DNA of 64,000 nucleotides from Eledone cirrhosa (GCA_964016885.1 OZ024745.1:62000001-62064000), one strand, 5' to 3'; positions 45,405-57,509 are shown, counted from the first letter of the stretch. The notes: generated by a model not told the origin, from the sequence alone. Translations and numbers: made by a program.

Positions 45405-46042
45405 GATACGAGAAAAATAGGACTCTAATAACGATTCCAAGATTTATGCAAATTGCTATTTTTTCTACAATGTTTTGATGATGATTTCTCACAAGGAAGA
45501 TATAAGGTGATATCTTTTTGAGGGTGTGAAACTAATTATATGAACCCATTTTATGATACAGATAAATATTTAATAACATTCAATCATCCTTTCTTTAGGT
45601 ATTTACATTTAATGTTACGTCACACGCCACTGAACATATATTCCCTGTCGCATTGCTTTGTTTTTTTTATATGGATGAAATATAAATTCACCAGGAGTAA
45701 AATTTGGCATCGGACGTAGAGAATCAAATGTAAATACTGCAAAGCACTAAGCTCAACACCCTACCCAATCTGCCATTTACACATACTACTCAGTTCAATA
45801 GGTATTTGTAACTACGTTTAGATAGAAAATAAACATATATCAAATATTAAATATACCAAGACACAACTAATTCCTTCTTTGTTATTAAGCCACATCAAAG
45901 CATCATCATCAAAATTGTTAGTGGCTATTTATTTGTGTTTGTTTATTTAAATAGAAAGATCAGTGTGAATTATGTGTTACATATAATAGCAACAACTTCC
46001 AATATTAATGATCAAAGAATACATAAGCAAATGTATATATAC

Positions 46043-46083
<41 letters not shown>

Positions 46084-46268
46084 GAGAGAGAGAGAGAGAG
46101 AGAGAGATTGAGATGTAAAATCCCGACCGTAGTGCCAAGGGGTTCCGGTTTGTGTCATTTTGCACCATGGTCGCGATTTTACATATCTTTGCATCTGTCC
46201 ATGCATTAAGTACTCCCATGATTAGTGGCCTCACCGGTCTCAGCACCGGAGACTCTATTCATACATAA

Positions 46269-46323
<55 letters not shown>

Positions 46324-46327
<4 letters not shown>

Positions 46328-46675
46328 AAAAAATAGAGGTGTAACACACGAGATGTGATATATTAGTAAAAGGAAAAGATAATGCTGACAAATTTTTCCC
46401 AGTGAAAAATAGTTTAATTAGGAATAACTATAAATTATTAATAAGTATTGGTTAGTATTCAGTTTTAGTTTTAAGTTTTTACCGATTAGAGCAAACATCA
46501 CGAGCGCTCTATCTCAAAATTATTTTTGAAAAGCATTAAAAATGCGCAACCGGTAAAACCTTAAAACTAAAACTGAATACTAACCAATACTTATTACTAA
46601 TTTATACTTATTCCTAATTAAACTATTTTTCACGGGGGAAAAATTTGTCACCATTTTCTTTTCCTTTTACTAATA
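46324..46675. mobile_element. Solo foldback of the pLTR of the 40860-43392 PLE family
   Basis: GTATTCAGTTTTAGTTTTAAGTTTTTACCG arm mirrored by CGGTAAAACCTTAAAACTAAAACTGAATAC. Matches 40860-41080. Confidence 0.8.
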
Positions 46676-46736
46676 TATATATATATATATATATATATAG
46701 AAGGATTTTAATGGATACAGTTTAGTTAAAAGGAAT

Positions 46737-46854
46737 TTATTGACACGTGTTTCTATAACAGTTACATAACCTGAAAACAGCTGCTATCTACAAAGTATTA
46801 GTTATGCAGACATTCAATATTTCAATGTTATCAACTGTCATTTCATCGGAATAA
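46737..46854 (-). ncRNA. Hammerhead ribozyme variant (CCGAUGA core, long stem II)
   Basis: Reverse complement reads TTATT-CCGATGA-A-ATGACAGTTG..TAACTGTTAT-A-GAAA-CACGTG-TC-AATAA. Confidence 0.6.
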
Positions 46855-46903
46855 TTTTACTGAGGACCTGTTTGGTTTTTATAGAGAATATTAGGAGGGA
46901 GGG

Positions 46904-46970
<67 letters not shown>

Positions 46971-47004
46971 AATAATAATAATAATAATGATTTCTTTATT
47001 TAAA

Positions 47005-47190
47005 TAATTGTTTCTACTTTAGGTACAAGGCCAGCAATTACCCAGTGTATTACTGGTGCTTTATTTTATCGACCCCGTAAGGATGAAAGGCAAGGTTAAT
47101 CTCGGCGGGCTTTGAACTCAGACCATAAAGGGCCGTAACTCTTTTCTATAAAGCATGGCGTGCGACCCTCTACCGATACTGTCAATTCAC
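47005..47190 (-). mobile_element. tRNA-derived SINE
   Basis: B-box GAGTTCAAA plus GCCTTTCATCCTTACGGGGTCGATAAAATAAA body. Same family as the 56949 and 58250-59090 copies. Confidence 0.75.
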
Positions 47191-47313
47191 GATTTGTTAA
47201 GCCTTCATTACGTTTATTGATTGGTGATGCGCGTTTTGCTATTGATCTGCTCAAGGTGAACCTGCAGTAACTTCATGTTATACTCCCTGGGTATATATAT
47301 ATACACACATACA

Positions 47314-47414
47314 CAGGGTGTCCCCAAAAATGTTTACACATTTTGAATACCTGTACAGGCAATATATATATTAGAATGTACAGGGTTAATGTATACATTT
47401 TTTGGGACATCCTG
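47314..47414. mobile_element. Tc1/mariner-type MITE
   Basis: TIRs CAGGGTGTCCCCAAAAATGT / ACATTTTTTGGGACATCCTG, with TA on the right side. Confidence 0.65.
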
Positions 47415-48979
47415 TATATATGATACGAAGAGTTGACATTAATTGATGCAAGATTTCACAGTCCTAGCATCACTCCTTTATAGACAGCTTATGAACATTT
47501 CAGCTCACCCTCGTATATGTGGATACAGATAATAGTTTTGAATGTTAAATAGTTAAAGTAAAATTTAAATGAAACACACTTACAGGATCTGGTAGATTCC
47601 ATCTCTGCTATGTACTTAAAACCTGGCGAGATTAGATGATAGAGTTCCATTTAAGGTGAAGTTTATATTGTTGGTCTCACTTGGGGGATCCAGCCAGATC
47701 AATTAGAGACGGTTGCTTCCTGGAAGGTGTGTTTCAGGGCTCTGCTCACACGAGATGAAGAAGGAGAAGGATGAGGGACAGAAGACAAGATGTGTAAACG
47801 ACCCAAATATGTGTCAGTATTCAATGTTCACGTCTATGTGTTTGTGAAATTTGTTTGGTTGTTACTTCATTGACCACACAATTTGTCCGCAAAGCAGTCT
47901 GCATGTCTGTTGAAAATCCACAGATAAAATCCACAGAGAATAGGCGTAGACAACCTTCACAGAGAAAATCCACACAGAAGAGGTGTAGGAAAAAAAGCCG
48001 CAATGAACACACAGAAAGGCGCGAAACGACTTTATTCATTTCTTCTTCCTATATAACACGTTAATAGTGAAAACTGTATTGCTGGTTGTTTGTACATAGA
48101 ACCAAGTAGACTATTATTTGGTCAGTTCTATCTTTAAAATATTTGTTTATTTTATAATAATGTGTATTGTAATTTCATGAGGTTTACAGATATTTATTGA
48201 TTTTAATCTACACATTTCGTGAATCGATAAATTTGCCTTAATCGAAACCGATAGTAATTTTATTAACTCATCAAAATCGACATCTGTGATATTTGAACTT
48301 AATATAAAAAGTCATACAGAATTTATGCAAGACATTTGTTTTGTCTATGTTCTGTAGCACTTCTGCCACTCATTGCCATAATTGACAGCTATTCATACGT
48401 TACATGACACATACATCGATAAATATTTTATTGCAATTTTATAGAAATTTTAGTACTAAGAGATTTGATTACAATGTACCTGTCTGTATATTTCAAAGTT
48501 CATTAGCAATTATACATTAAAATGTAAAAGCTGTAACTAATATCATACTAAAATATGCTTCTCGATGTCTTTAATGCATCATTAATTTTTTGCTAGTTTG
48601 AGTTTTAAGTTAATGTATTTAAGAATTTAAATAGAGAAATGAGTGTGTTGGTGAGGAGCTGGAGATGGGAAATTAGCTGACATGAAATTGAATAAGAAAG
48701 TCTGGTCATACTAGTGATATAAATAAGTTTGCTTAGAATAAATGAAAATTACGAGTGCCTGCATTTGTATCATTCTGTATCACTATGTATATTTCTCTAA
48801 GTATAGTTTTTTCAAAGAATCCCCATTCTTTAAATTCATCAGCCAATGACCTCCACCCAATCACCACCTTCCCCTACCATCAGAAAATGTATAAATACCA
48901 TCATAACACATTGACAGTTGGATTTCGTGATGATTTCCTTCGAATGAAACAGTTTTAGTCTTGTAGAAGCCATTTCTAT

Positions 48980-49066
<87 letters not shown>

Positions 49067-49101
49067 TACAGAATAATCAAAACTATGTTCAAAACATTTT
49101 A

Positions 49102-49150
49102 TTGCTGACAATCGTTTCTTACAAACTTTCGTTTGAATTCATCGGAGCAT
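49102..49150 (-). ncRNA. Hammerhead ribozyme variant (CCGAUGA core)
   Basis: Reverse complement reads TGCT-CCGATGA-ATT-CAAAC-GAAA-GTTTG-TAA-GAAA-CGATTG-TC-AGCA. Confidence 0.55.
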
Positions 49151-50507
49151 TGGCAAAGTTTAGACATATAATTAACCTCCTATTCCACAGAATAATTGTA
49201 AAGGTACATAGATATTAGTGTTGTCATTAACAGTGTCATATTTAAAGAGTGAAGATGGTGTGGTCAGTATCAGTGGATGCGACAAAGATTATAAAAGAAT
49301 AATAAAACAAGAGGAATTAAAGAAGAAAGTTACTCGCAAAATGAGGACATTAGCGGTACGTATGCAAACGTATAGAAATAGGGAAGAGGTATTAGGCATA
49401 TACAGAATAACCAGGTAAGAAACACGCAATGACACTAAGCATATATATCACAGTATGGCAAAGGTATCACATAATACAATACAGGTATAAAAGCATATTA
49501 AGCAGACAGAGATGCGTGGGTATGAAAATCAGTTTCTATGAAGTTTATGGTGGATGCAATGTGATAATTGTTCCGGTAATGTTCAAATGTGCATGTGTTG
49601 TGAGTATTAATATTAAGGTTTTCCTTTCCATTACATTGGTTATATTTTAGTAAATGTTTATTAGTAGCTACAACTATGGATTGTATATTGGTCCTATTAC
49701 GATCTTATCATGGGTTAGAGTTGTTCTGGAGTGATGTGTCTAAAGGTTTAATTTCAGGAAGTGATCAGAGATCTATACTAAGGGAAGCTAATTTGAAAGG
49801 GGAGGTAATTGGCGATTAATTTGTGTATAAGAGAAAAGTATATAGTTGTTTACAACTCCAATTAGTTAAATTCTATGTGTATACAATATATTATGTTATA
49901 AGTGAATTCTTTTATATAATGCTATTTATTTTTAAAATTTATATATTTAATTTTAAATACAATATTTTTTCTATATACCTTAAAGTTCTCATTTTATCAC
50001 TACCTATCTATATATTAATTAAATGAATAAAATATATGTTTATTCCCATTAGTTATTGTAGAGTATAAGATCTGAGATAAACATTGATAAAAATTTAACA
50101 TTGAGTGCTTTCGTAACAGTCTTCGAAATTCAATCGGATGCGAATCTGCTACTTGCAGCTGCAACTCCGTTTATACTCATTACTATTATATATATATATA
50201 TTTATATAGATATAAAAACAAATAACAAAACGAAATTAAATTTCGTTTCGTTTGTAACTCACTTTTGTATGACTGACGCTTAAACAATTAAGTTAAAAAT
50301 GTACATCTACATATGCATACTGAAATACTAGTGTGTATATGAATACACACACGTATACATATGTAGGTGTAACAAGTCTTTCACTGGTTGCTTTACTGTG
50401 AGCAACCCAGCTATTCTGTATGTAAACACACAGACAAACCGGTTTTTAGAGTCATACTGGTTTTCGGGGGAACACCTTCCCTCTATTCTCCAGAAAGCCA
50501 GACAAGG

Positions 50508-50552
50508 AATATTGAACTAGTTTCGTTGTTGTTACAACTCATCAGCAATATT
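50508..50552 (-). ncRNA. Hammerhead ribozyme, array B inverted arm
   Basis: Reverse complement reads AATATTG-CTGATGA-GTTGT-AACA-ACAAC-GAAA-CTAG-TT-CAATATT. Confidence 0.85.
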
Positions 50553-51006
50553 TACCTATCTACCGGCCCCTCTGGAGAATTGTAAAAGCACATATCGTTA
50601 TATGCTTTTTCTATGAAAATTAGTAGTGGGCAGACTAATTTGCATAGAGTGTGAGTACGCACCGGTTCAGCGGAGACGATAAAAATAAATAACGAAACGA
50701 AATTAAATTTCGTTTCGTTTGTAACTCACTTTTGTATGACTGACGCTTAAACAATTAAGTTAAAAATGTACATCTACATATGCATACTGAAATACTAGTG
50801 TGTATATGAATACACACACGTATACATATGTAGGTGTAACAAGTCTTTCACTGGTTGCTTTACTGTGAGCAACCCAGCTATTCTGTATGTAAACACACAG
50901 ACAAACCGGTTTTTAGAGTCATACTGGTTACAAACGAAACGAAATTTAATTTCGTTTTGTTATTTGTTTTTATCGTCTCCGCTGAACCGGTGCGTACTCA
51001 CACTCT

Positions 51007-51014
51007 ATGCAAAT
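51007..51014 (+). promoter_or_regulatory. Octamer motif ATGCAAAT, array B (repeated in every unit)
   Basis: Lies about 93 nt upstream of HHR stem I, in a block conserved with array A. Confidence 0.45.
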
Positions 51015-51099
51015 TAGTCTGCCCACTACTAATTTTCATAGAAAAAGCATATAACGATATGTGCTTTTACAATTCTCCAGAGGGGCCGGTAGATAGGTA

Positions 51100-51144
51100 A
51101 ATATTGCTGATGAGTTGTAACAACAACGAAACTAGTTCAATATT
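51100..51144 (+). ncRNA. Hammerhead ribozyme, array B unit 1
   Basis: AATATTG-CTGATGA-GTTGTAACAACAAC-GAAA-CTAG-TT-CAATATT. Confidence 0.85.
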
Positions 51145-51566
51145 CCTTGTCTGGCTTTCTGAAGAATAGAGGGAAGGTGTTCCCCCGAAAACCAGTATGA
51201 CTCTAAAAACCGGTTTGTCTGTGTGTTTACATACAGAATAGCTGGGTTGCTCACAGTAAAGCAACCAGTGAAAGACTTGTTACACCTACATATGTATACG
51301 TGTGTGTATTCATATACACACTAGTATTTCAGTATGCATATGTAGATGTACATTTTTAACTTAATTGTTTAAGCGTCAGTCATACAAAAGTGAGTTACAA
51401 ACGAAACGAAATTTAATTTCGTTTCGTTATTTGTTTTTATCGTCTCCGCTGAACCGGTGCGTACTCACACTCTATGCAAATTAGTCTGCCCACTACTAAT
51501 TTTCAAAGAAAAAGCATATAACGATATGTGCTTTTACAATTCTCCAGAGGGGCCGGTAGATAGGTA

Positions 51567-51611
51567 AATATTGCTGATGAGTTGTAACAACAACGAAACT
51601 AGTTCAATATT
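51567..51611 (+). ncRNA. Hammerhead ribozyme, array B unit 2
   Basis: Identical motif to unit 1. Confidence 0.85.
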
Positions 51612-52046
51612 CCTTGTCTGGCTTTCTGGAGAATAGAGGGAAGGTGTTCCCCCGAAAACCAGTATGACTCTAAAAACCGGTTTGTCTGTGTGTTTACATA
51701 CAGAATAGCTGGGTTGCTCACAGTAAAGCAACCAGTGAAAGACTTGTTACACCTACATATGTATACGTGTGTGTATTCATATACACACTAGTATTTCAGT
51801 ATGCATATGTAGATGTACATTTTTAATTTACATTTTTAACTTAATTGTTTAAGCGTCAGTCATACAAAAGTGAGTTACAAACGAAACGAAATTTAATTTC
51901 GTTTTGTTATTTGTTTTTATCGTCTCCGCTGAACCGGTGCGTACTCACACTCTATGCAAATTAGTCTGCCCACTACTAATTTTCATAGAAAAAGCATATA
52001 ACGATATGTGCTTTTACAATTCTCCAGAGGGGCCGGTAGATAGGTA

Positions 52047-52091
52047 AATATTGCTGATGAGTTGTAACAACAACGAAACTAGTTCAATATT
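52047..52091 (+). ncRNA. Hammerhead ribozyme, array B unit 3
   Basis: Identical motif to unit 1. Confidence 0.85.
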
Positions 52092-52513
52092 CCTTGTCTG
52101 GCTTTCTGAAGAATAGAGGGAAGGTGTTCCCCCGAAAACCAGTATGACTCTAAAAACCGGTTTGTCTGTGTGTTTACATACAGAATAGCTGGGTTGCTCA
52201 CAGTAAAGCAACCATTGAAAGACTTGTTTCACCTACATATGTATACGTGTGTGTATTCATATACACACTAGTATTTCAGTATGCATATGTAGATGTACAT
52301 TTTTAACTTAATTGTTTAAGCGTCAGTCATACAAAAGTGAGTTACAAACGAAACGAAATTTAATTTCGTTTCGTTATTTGTTTTTATCGTCTCCGCTGAA
52401 CCGGTGCGTACTCACACTCTATGCAAATTAGTCTGCCCACTACTAATTTTCATAGAAAAAGCATATAACGATATGTGCTTTTACAATTCTCCAGAGGGGC
52501 CGGTAGATAGGTA

Positions 52514-52558
52514 AATATTGCTGATGAGTTGTAACAACAACGAAACTAGTTCAATATT
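52514..52558 (+). ncRNA. Hammerhead ribozyme, array B unit 4
   Basis: Identical motif to unit 1. Confidence 0.85.
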
Positions 52559-52993
52559 CCTTGTCTGGCTTTCTGGAGAATAGAGGGAAGGTGTTCCCCC
52601 GAAAACCAGTATGACTCTAAAAACCGGTTTGTCTGTGTGTTTACATACAGAATAGCTGGGTTGCTCACAGTAAAGCAACCAGTGAAAGACTTGTTACACC
52701 TACATATGTATACGTGTGTGTATTCATATACACACTAGTATTTCAGTATGCATATGTAGATGTACATTTTTAATTTACATTTTTAACTTAATTGTTTAAG
52801 CGTCAGTCATACAAAAGTGAGTTACAAACGAAACGAAATTTAATTTCGTTTTGTTATTTGTTTTTATCGTCTCCGCTGAACCGGTGCGTACTCACACTCT
52901 ATGCAAATTAGTCTGCCCACTACTAATTTTCATAGAAAAAGCATATAACGATATGTGCTTTTACAATTCTCCAGAGGGGCCGGTAGATAGGTA

Positions 52994-53038
52994 AATATTG
53001 CTGATGAGTTGTAACAACAACGAAACTAGTTCAATATT
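52994..53038 (+). ncRNA. Hammerhead ribozyme, array B unit 5
   Basis: Identical motif to unit 1. Confidence 0.85.
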
Positions 53039-53460
53039 CCTTGTCTGGCTTTCTGAAGAATAGAGGGAAGGTGTTTCCCCGAAAACCAGTATGACTCTAA
53101 AAACCGGTTTGTCTGTGTGTTTACATACAGAATAGCTGGGTTGCTCACAGTAAAGCAACCAGTGAAAGACTTGTTTCACCTACATATGTATACGTGTGTG
53201 TATTCATATACACACTAGTATTTCAGTATGCATATGTAGATGTACATTTTTAACTTAATTGTTTAAGCGTCAGTCATACAAAAGTGAGTTACAAACGAAA
53301 CGAAATTTAATTTCGTTTCGTTATTTGTTTTTATCGTCTCCGCTGAACCGGTGCGTACTCACACTCTATGCAAATTAGTCTGCCCACTACTAATTTTCAA
53401 AGAAAAAGCATATAACGATATGTGCTTTTACAATTCTCCAGAGGGGCCGGTAGATAGGTA

Positions 53461-53505
53461 AATATTGCTGATGAGTTGTAACAACAACGAAACTAGTTCA
53501 ATATT
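53461..53505 (+). ncRNA. Hammerhead ribozyme, array B unit 6
   Basis: Identical motif to unit 1. Confidence 0.85.
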
Positions 53506-53940
53506 CCTTGTCTGGCTTTCTGAAGAATAGAGGGAAGGTGTTCCCCCGAAAACCAGTATGACTCTAAAAACCGGTTTGTCTGTGTGTTTACATACAGACT
53601 AGCTGGGTTGCTCACAGTAAAGCAACCAGTGAAAGACTTGTTACACCTACATATGTATACGTGTGTGTATTCATATACACACTAGTATTTCAGTATGCAT
53701 ATGTAGATGTACATTTTTAATTTACATTTTTAACTTAATTGTTTAAGCGTCAGTCATACAAAAGTGAGTTACAAACGAAACGAAATTTAATTTCGTTTTG
53801 TTATTTGTTTTTATCGTCTCCGCTGAACCGGTGCGTACTCACACTCTATGCAAATTAGTCTGCCCACTACTAATTTTCATAGAAAAAGCATATAACGATA
53901 TGTGCTTTTACAATTCTCCAGAGGGGCCGGTAGATAGGTA

Positions 53941-53985
53941 AATATTGCTGATGAGTTGTAACAACAACGAAACTAGTTCAATATT
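53941..53985 (+). ncRNA. Hammerhead ribozyme, array B unit 7
   Basis: Identical motif to unit 1. Confidence 0.85.
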
Positions 53986-54407
53986 CCTTGTCTGGCTTTC
54001 TGAAGAATAGAGGGAAGGTGTTCCCCCGAAAACCAGTATGACTCTAAAAACCGGTTTGTCTGTGTGTTTACATACAGAATAGCTGGGTTGCTCACAGTAA
54101 AGCAACCAGTGAAAGACTTGTTTCACCTACATATGTATACGTGTGTGTATTCATATACACACTAGTATTTCAGTATGCATATGTAGATGTACATTTTTAA
54201 CTTAATTGTTTAAGCGTCAGTCATACAAAAGTGAGTTACAAACGAAACGAAATTTAATTTCGTTTCGTTATTTGTTTTTATCGTCTCCGCTGAACCGGTG
54301 CGTACTCACACTCTATGCAAATTAGTCTGCCCACTACTAATTTTCATAGAAAAAGCATATAACGATATGTGCTTTTACAATTCTCCAGAGGGGCCGGTAG
54401 ATAGGTA

Positions 54408-54452
54408 AATATTGCTGATGAGTTGTAACAACAACGAAACTAGTTCAATATT
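54408..54452 (+). ncRNA. Hammerhead ribozyme, array B unit 8
   Basis: Identical motif to unit 1. Confidence 0.85.
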
Positions 54453-54695
54453 CCTTGTCTGGCTTTCTGGAGAATAGAGGGAAGGTGTTCCCCCGAAAAC
54501 CAGTATGACTCTAAAAACCGGTTTGTCTGTGTGTTTACATACAGAATAGCTGGGTTGCTCACAGTAAAGCAACCAGTGAAAGACTTGTTACACCTACATA
54601 TGTATACGTGTGTGTATTCATATACACACTAGTATTTCAGTATGCATATGTAGATGTACATTTTTAACTTAATTGTTTATATAGATATATATATA

Positions 54696-54997
54696 TCAAA
54701 AAAGAGAATCAGTGTTGCGACGAAAGAAATTTATTGGACATTACAATTGTTTTCTAGGAAAATATGCTTCGTAGAATCGAGACGTATCCGACGACCGCAC
54801 AATTTCAGAGTCAGGTCTGATCACCATATCGATCCTGCCTCTCGAGCTGGTCGCCCAAGAAACAATTGTAATATGTCCATAAATTCCTTTCGTCGCAACA
54901 CTGATTCTCTTTTTTCTGTGATATCATACTCTGCTCTACGAGGGTATTGAGTGCTCATACGGCCTACCGCATACGGACGCTTTAAGCATCCAACACC

Positions 54998-55000
<3 letters not shown>
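54696..55000 (+). mobile_element. Short PLE 3'-end foldback containing the 3' half of a HHR
   Basis: Arms AAAAAAGAGAATCAGTGTTGCGACGAAAG / CTTTCGTCGCAACACTGATTCTCTTTTTT. GAAA-CAATTG-TA at 54859-54870 and GAGTGCT at 54949. Confidence 0.6.
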
Positions 55001-55043
<43 letters not shown>

Positions 55044-56948
55044 TGTACCTACAATGTTAATTCCTGAAATAATTAGTAGTCATGATGTTATTTAATCTAG
55101 TGATTCCTTTTGAGTTATCAAACACACGACGGCGCTACATCTTGATAAACAGATAGATAGGCATATAGATTGGGAGTGAAATGGATATATTGTTTTAGTA
55201 ATTGATTTAAATAAGAATAATTTAGAGGGAATATAATAAAATAATTCCACACTTACAATCTCAACACAATATTCAGAAATCATGCTATGAGGTAAACACT
55301 CCCTCTACATTTATACAGTGTTCCCTTTATCTTGTGTAACGTGTGAATGAGGGAAATATTTTCATCTTTCTTATGTAATATAAAAGGAATTACCATCTAT
55401 CGTGAAACCGGCAATCAATACGGCTACATAAAACTATTTCCTAATTTCCAGAAATATTCACAACAATAACAAGTAACTTATATATTTACCTTTAAGACGT
55501 ATTACATGTTTAGTATCCATGGGTAATGGTTATCATAAACTGGTTTATTATCATTTACGTTCCCTATATCCATCTCCTATGTAAAACGAAAACGATAGCT
55601 AATTTGTATTCCTGACATTAATTGTAGAATGACATATTATCCCCTTGCTATATTATAATTATCCTACTTAGATGGAGGGTGTTTATGGGTCTCATTTCTA
55701 ATCGATATAAAATCTACTATAAATGTCAAAGCTAGAAACACAATCGTGCCTCTTTTTAGTGGTTAGGTTATAGTTGATACACATCACCTAACCACAATAC
55801 TTAGATTTAGATGATACGTTAACGCATTAGGATGTCTCTACAGAAATCCACTCAATACTTGTTGAGTTCCCTTAGCAATAAGTCATAAGAAAATAGATAA
55901 GTTTCAGAGTTATTCCCAAATCCTCTCCTCGGACAATAGCAAACATTTCAAGATCAATTCATAATATTTCTCCCAGCAGATAATTTAATTATCAATATAT
56001 TCGATAGAATATATTATGCCACCCCGAAAGTAGTTTGACAGTATTTAATTAACTCCGTATGTATACACGTTTATGTTAGTTATGTGGTTAGCTTAGTTCC
56101 GTCTATATCCTCGAGCGTTTAGGTCTGAACTCATCACTTTTTTCATATTCCTTTAACTATTTGAAAGGAAACGAATGTTATACCGGATGATATCTTACAT
56201 GTTTGTTGAATATTGAAATTAAAACCCGTCTATACGATGTATAACATTAAAGCAGTCTGCATCAGCACTGTTCATCTTTTAATTTTGGATCGAATTCAAA
56301 CGTATAGCAGGGCCATACGATTTAATTTTTATTGTAGAAAACAAAGTGGTATTAGTAGAAAGATTACATGAATATCCTTAATAGTTTTAAATATGGAGTG
56401 TCGATAGGTTATTTTGAATAAAAGCAAAAATAGGATGAGTGGCATTGATGGATGAATAGCTCTAGCCAGAGCATGTCTTGGAGATGAAAATCTCCAAATT
56501 CAAACACATTTCTCTTGTGGCAGATAGTACTACAAGCAATTACTATTGACATACTTATCCTTAGGAATCAAATAGCCTCATTGTATTGTGAGTGATAATA
56601 AAAAGAAACGAAACAATCTTGTCTGAAATATTGGAGTGAAATCTTAAACCTTTCCACAACAAGTTTTGCGAAGTCTCCAGGAACTTATCACTCTGGTCGT
56701 ATCTCTTTTCTTCTTTGCAACATCTTGCTGCTGTCTCAAGATGACTTGTCGTAAGAGATTGTTGATGATGTTGCACAAGGACTTTCCACTGATATATAGG
56801 TCATGGACACGGCCATAGTGTGCGGACACATCATGACTTTCGGACCTAAAGATGGTATTTTACCGAGGAAAAGAAAAGAGAAAACGAACTTTCCATAATG
56901 GCATTTGGGGCATCCTGCATGACTGTAACAATGAAATGTCATTGTGGA

Positions 56949-57130
56949 TTGGCAGTATCGGTAGAGGGTCGGACGCCATGCTTTCCAGCATAGTTACGTC
57001 CCTTTACGATCTGAGTTCAAATCCCGCCGAGGTTGACTTTGCCTTTCATCCTTACGGGGTCGATAAAATAAAGTACCAGTAATGCACTGGGTAATTGCTG
57101 GCCTTGTGCCTAAAGTAGAAACAATTATTT
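56949..57130 (+). mobile_element. tRNA-derived SINE
   Basis: TGGCAGTATCGGTAGA A-box-like sequence, GAGTTCAAATCC B-box and GCCTTTCATCCTTACGGGGTCGATAAAATAAAGTACC body. Confidence 0.8.
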
Positions 57131-57452
57131 CTATAGTTCCCTCGATTTTAATGGCACATGGAATATGTAGTATAAGTTGCAATAGTTGCGATTCCTTTGC
57201 TCATTCGTCGATTACAGATGGATAAGGAAAAGAAAACAAACAAACACATTATATGGAATTCGTATCAAGTAGATATTTTCCACATTGCGGAAGAGTAAAC
57301 CAAATCAAAATCTACTATTGAGAGATTCGAACTTCAACTTGAAGTAAGATTATTGAAGTTCAAGAATCTTACGACAATAAAAGTCTCATCACTATAATTA
57401 CCTGTTGATAATCCCATCATTTACAAAATACAATAGTCATATGATGAGAATG

Positions 57453-57509
<57 letters not shown>

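Larger units (their letters stand above)
50211..54679. mobile_element. Retrozyme-like array B: ~1.5 inverted units plus 8 direct units of 467/480 bp, each with a HHR
   Basis: Inversion junction at about 50927. Plus-strand HHRs at 51100, 51567, 52047, 52514, 52994, 53461, 53941 and 54408. Flanking direct repeat TTTATATAGATATA at 50201-50214 and 54676-54689. Confidence 0.88.

Noticed and set aside
50388-54572. Repeated 65-72-aa ORF (MLYCEQPSY...) in array B units, and the 66-aa ORF in array A
   Set aside because: Antisense to the HHR, relies on TTG/GTG-type starts, has no recognisable domain, and the A and B peptides share little. Probably incidental.
50927-54679. CRISPR-like interpretation of the array
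   Set aside because: Units are wholly repeated with no unique spacers, and the context is eukaryotic.
56400-56945. Short overlapping minus-strand ORFs
   Set aside because: No identifiable domain.
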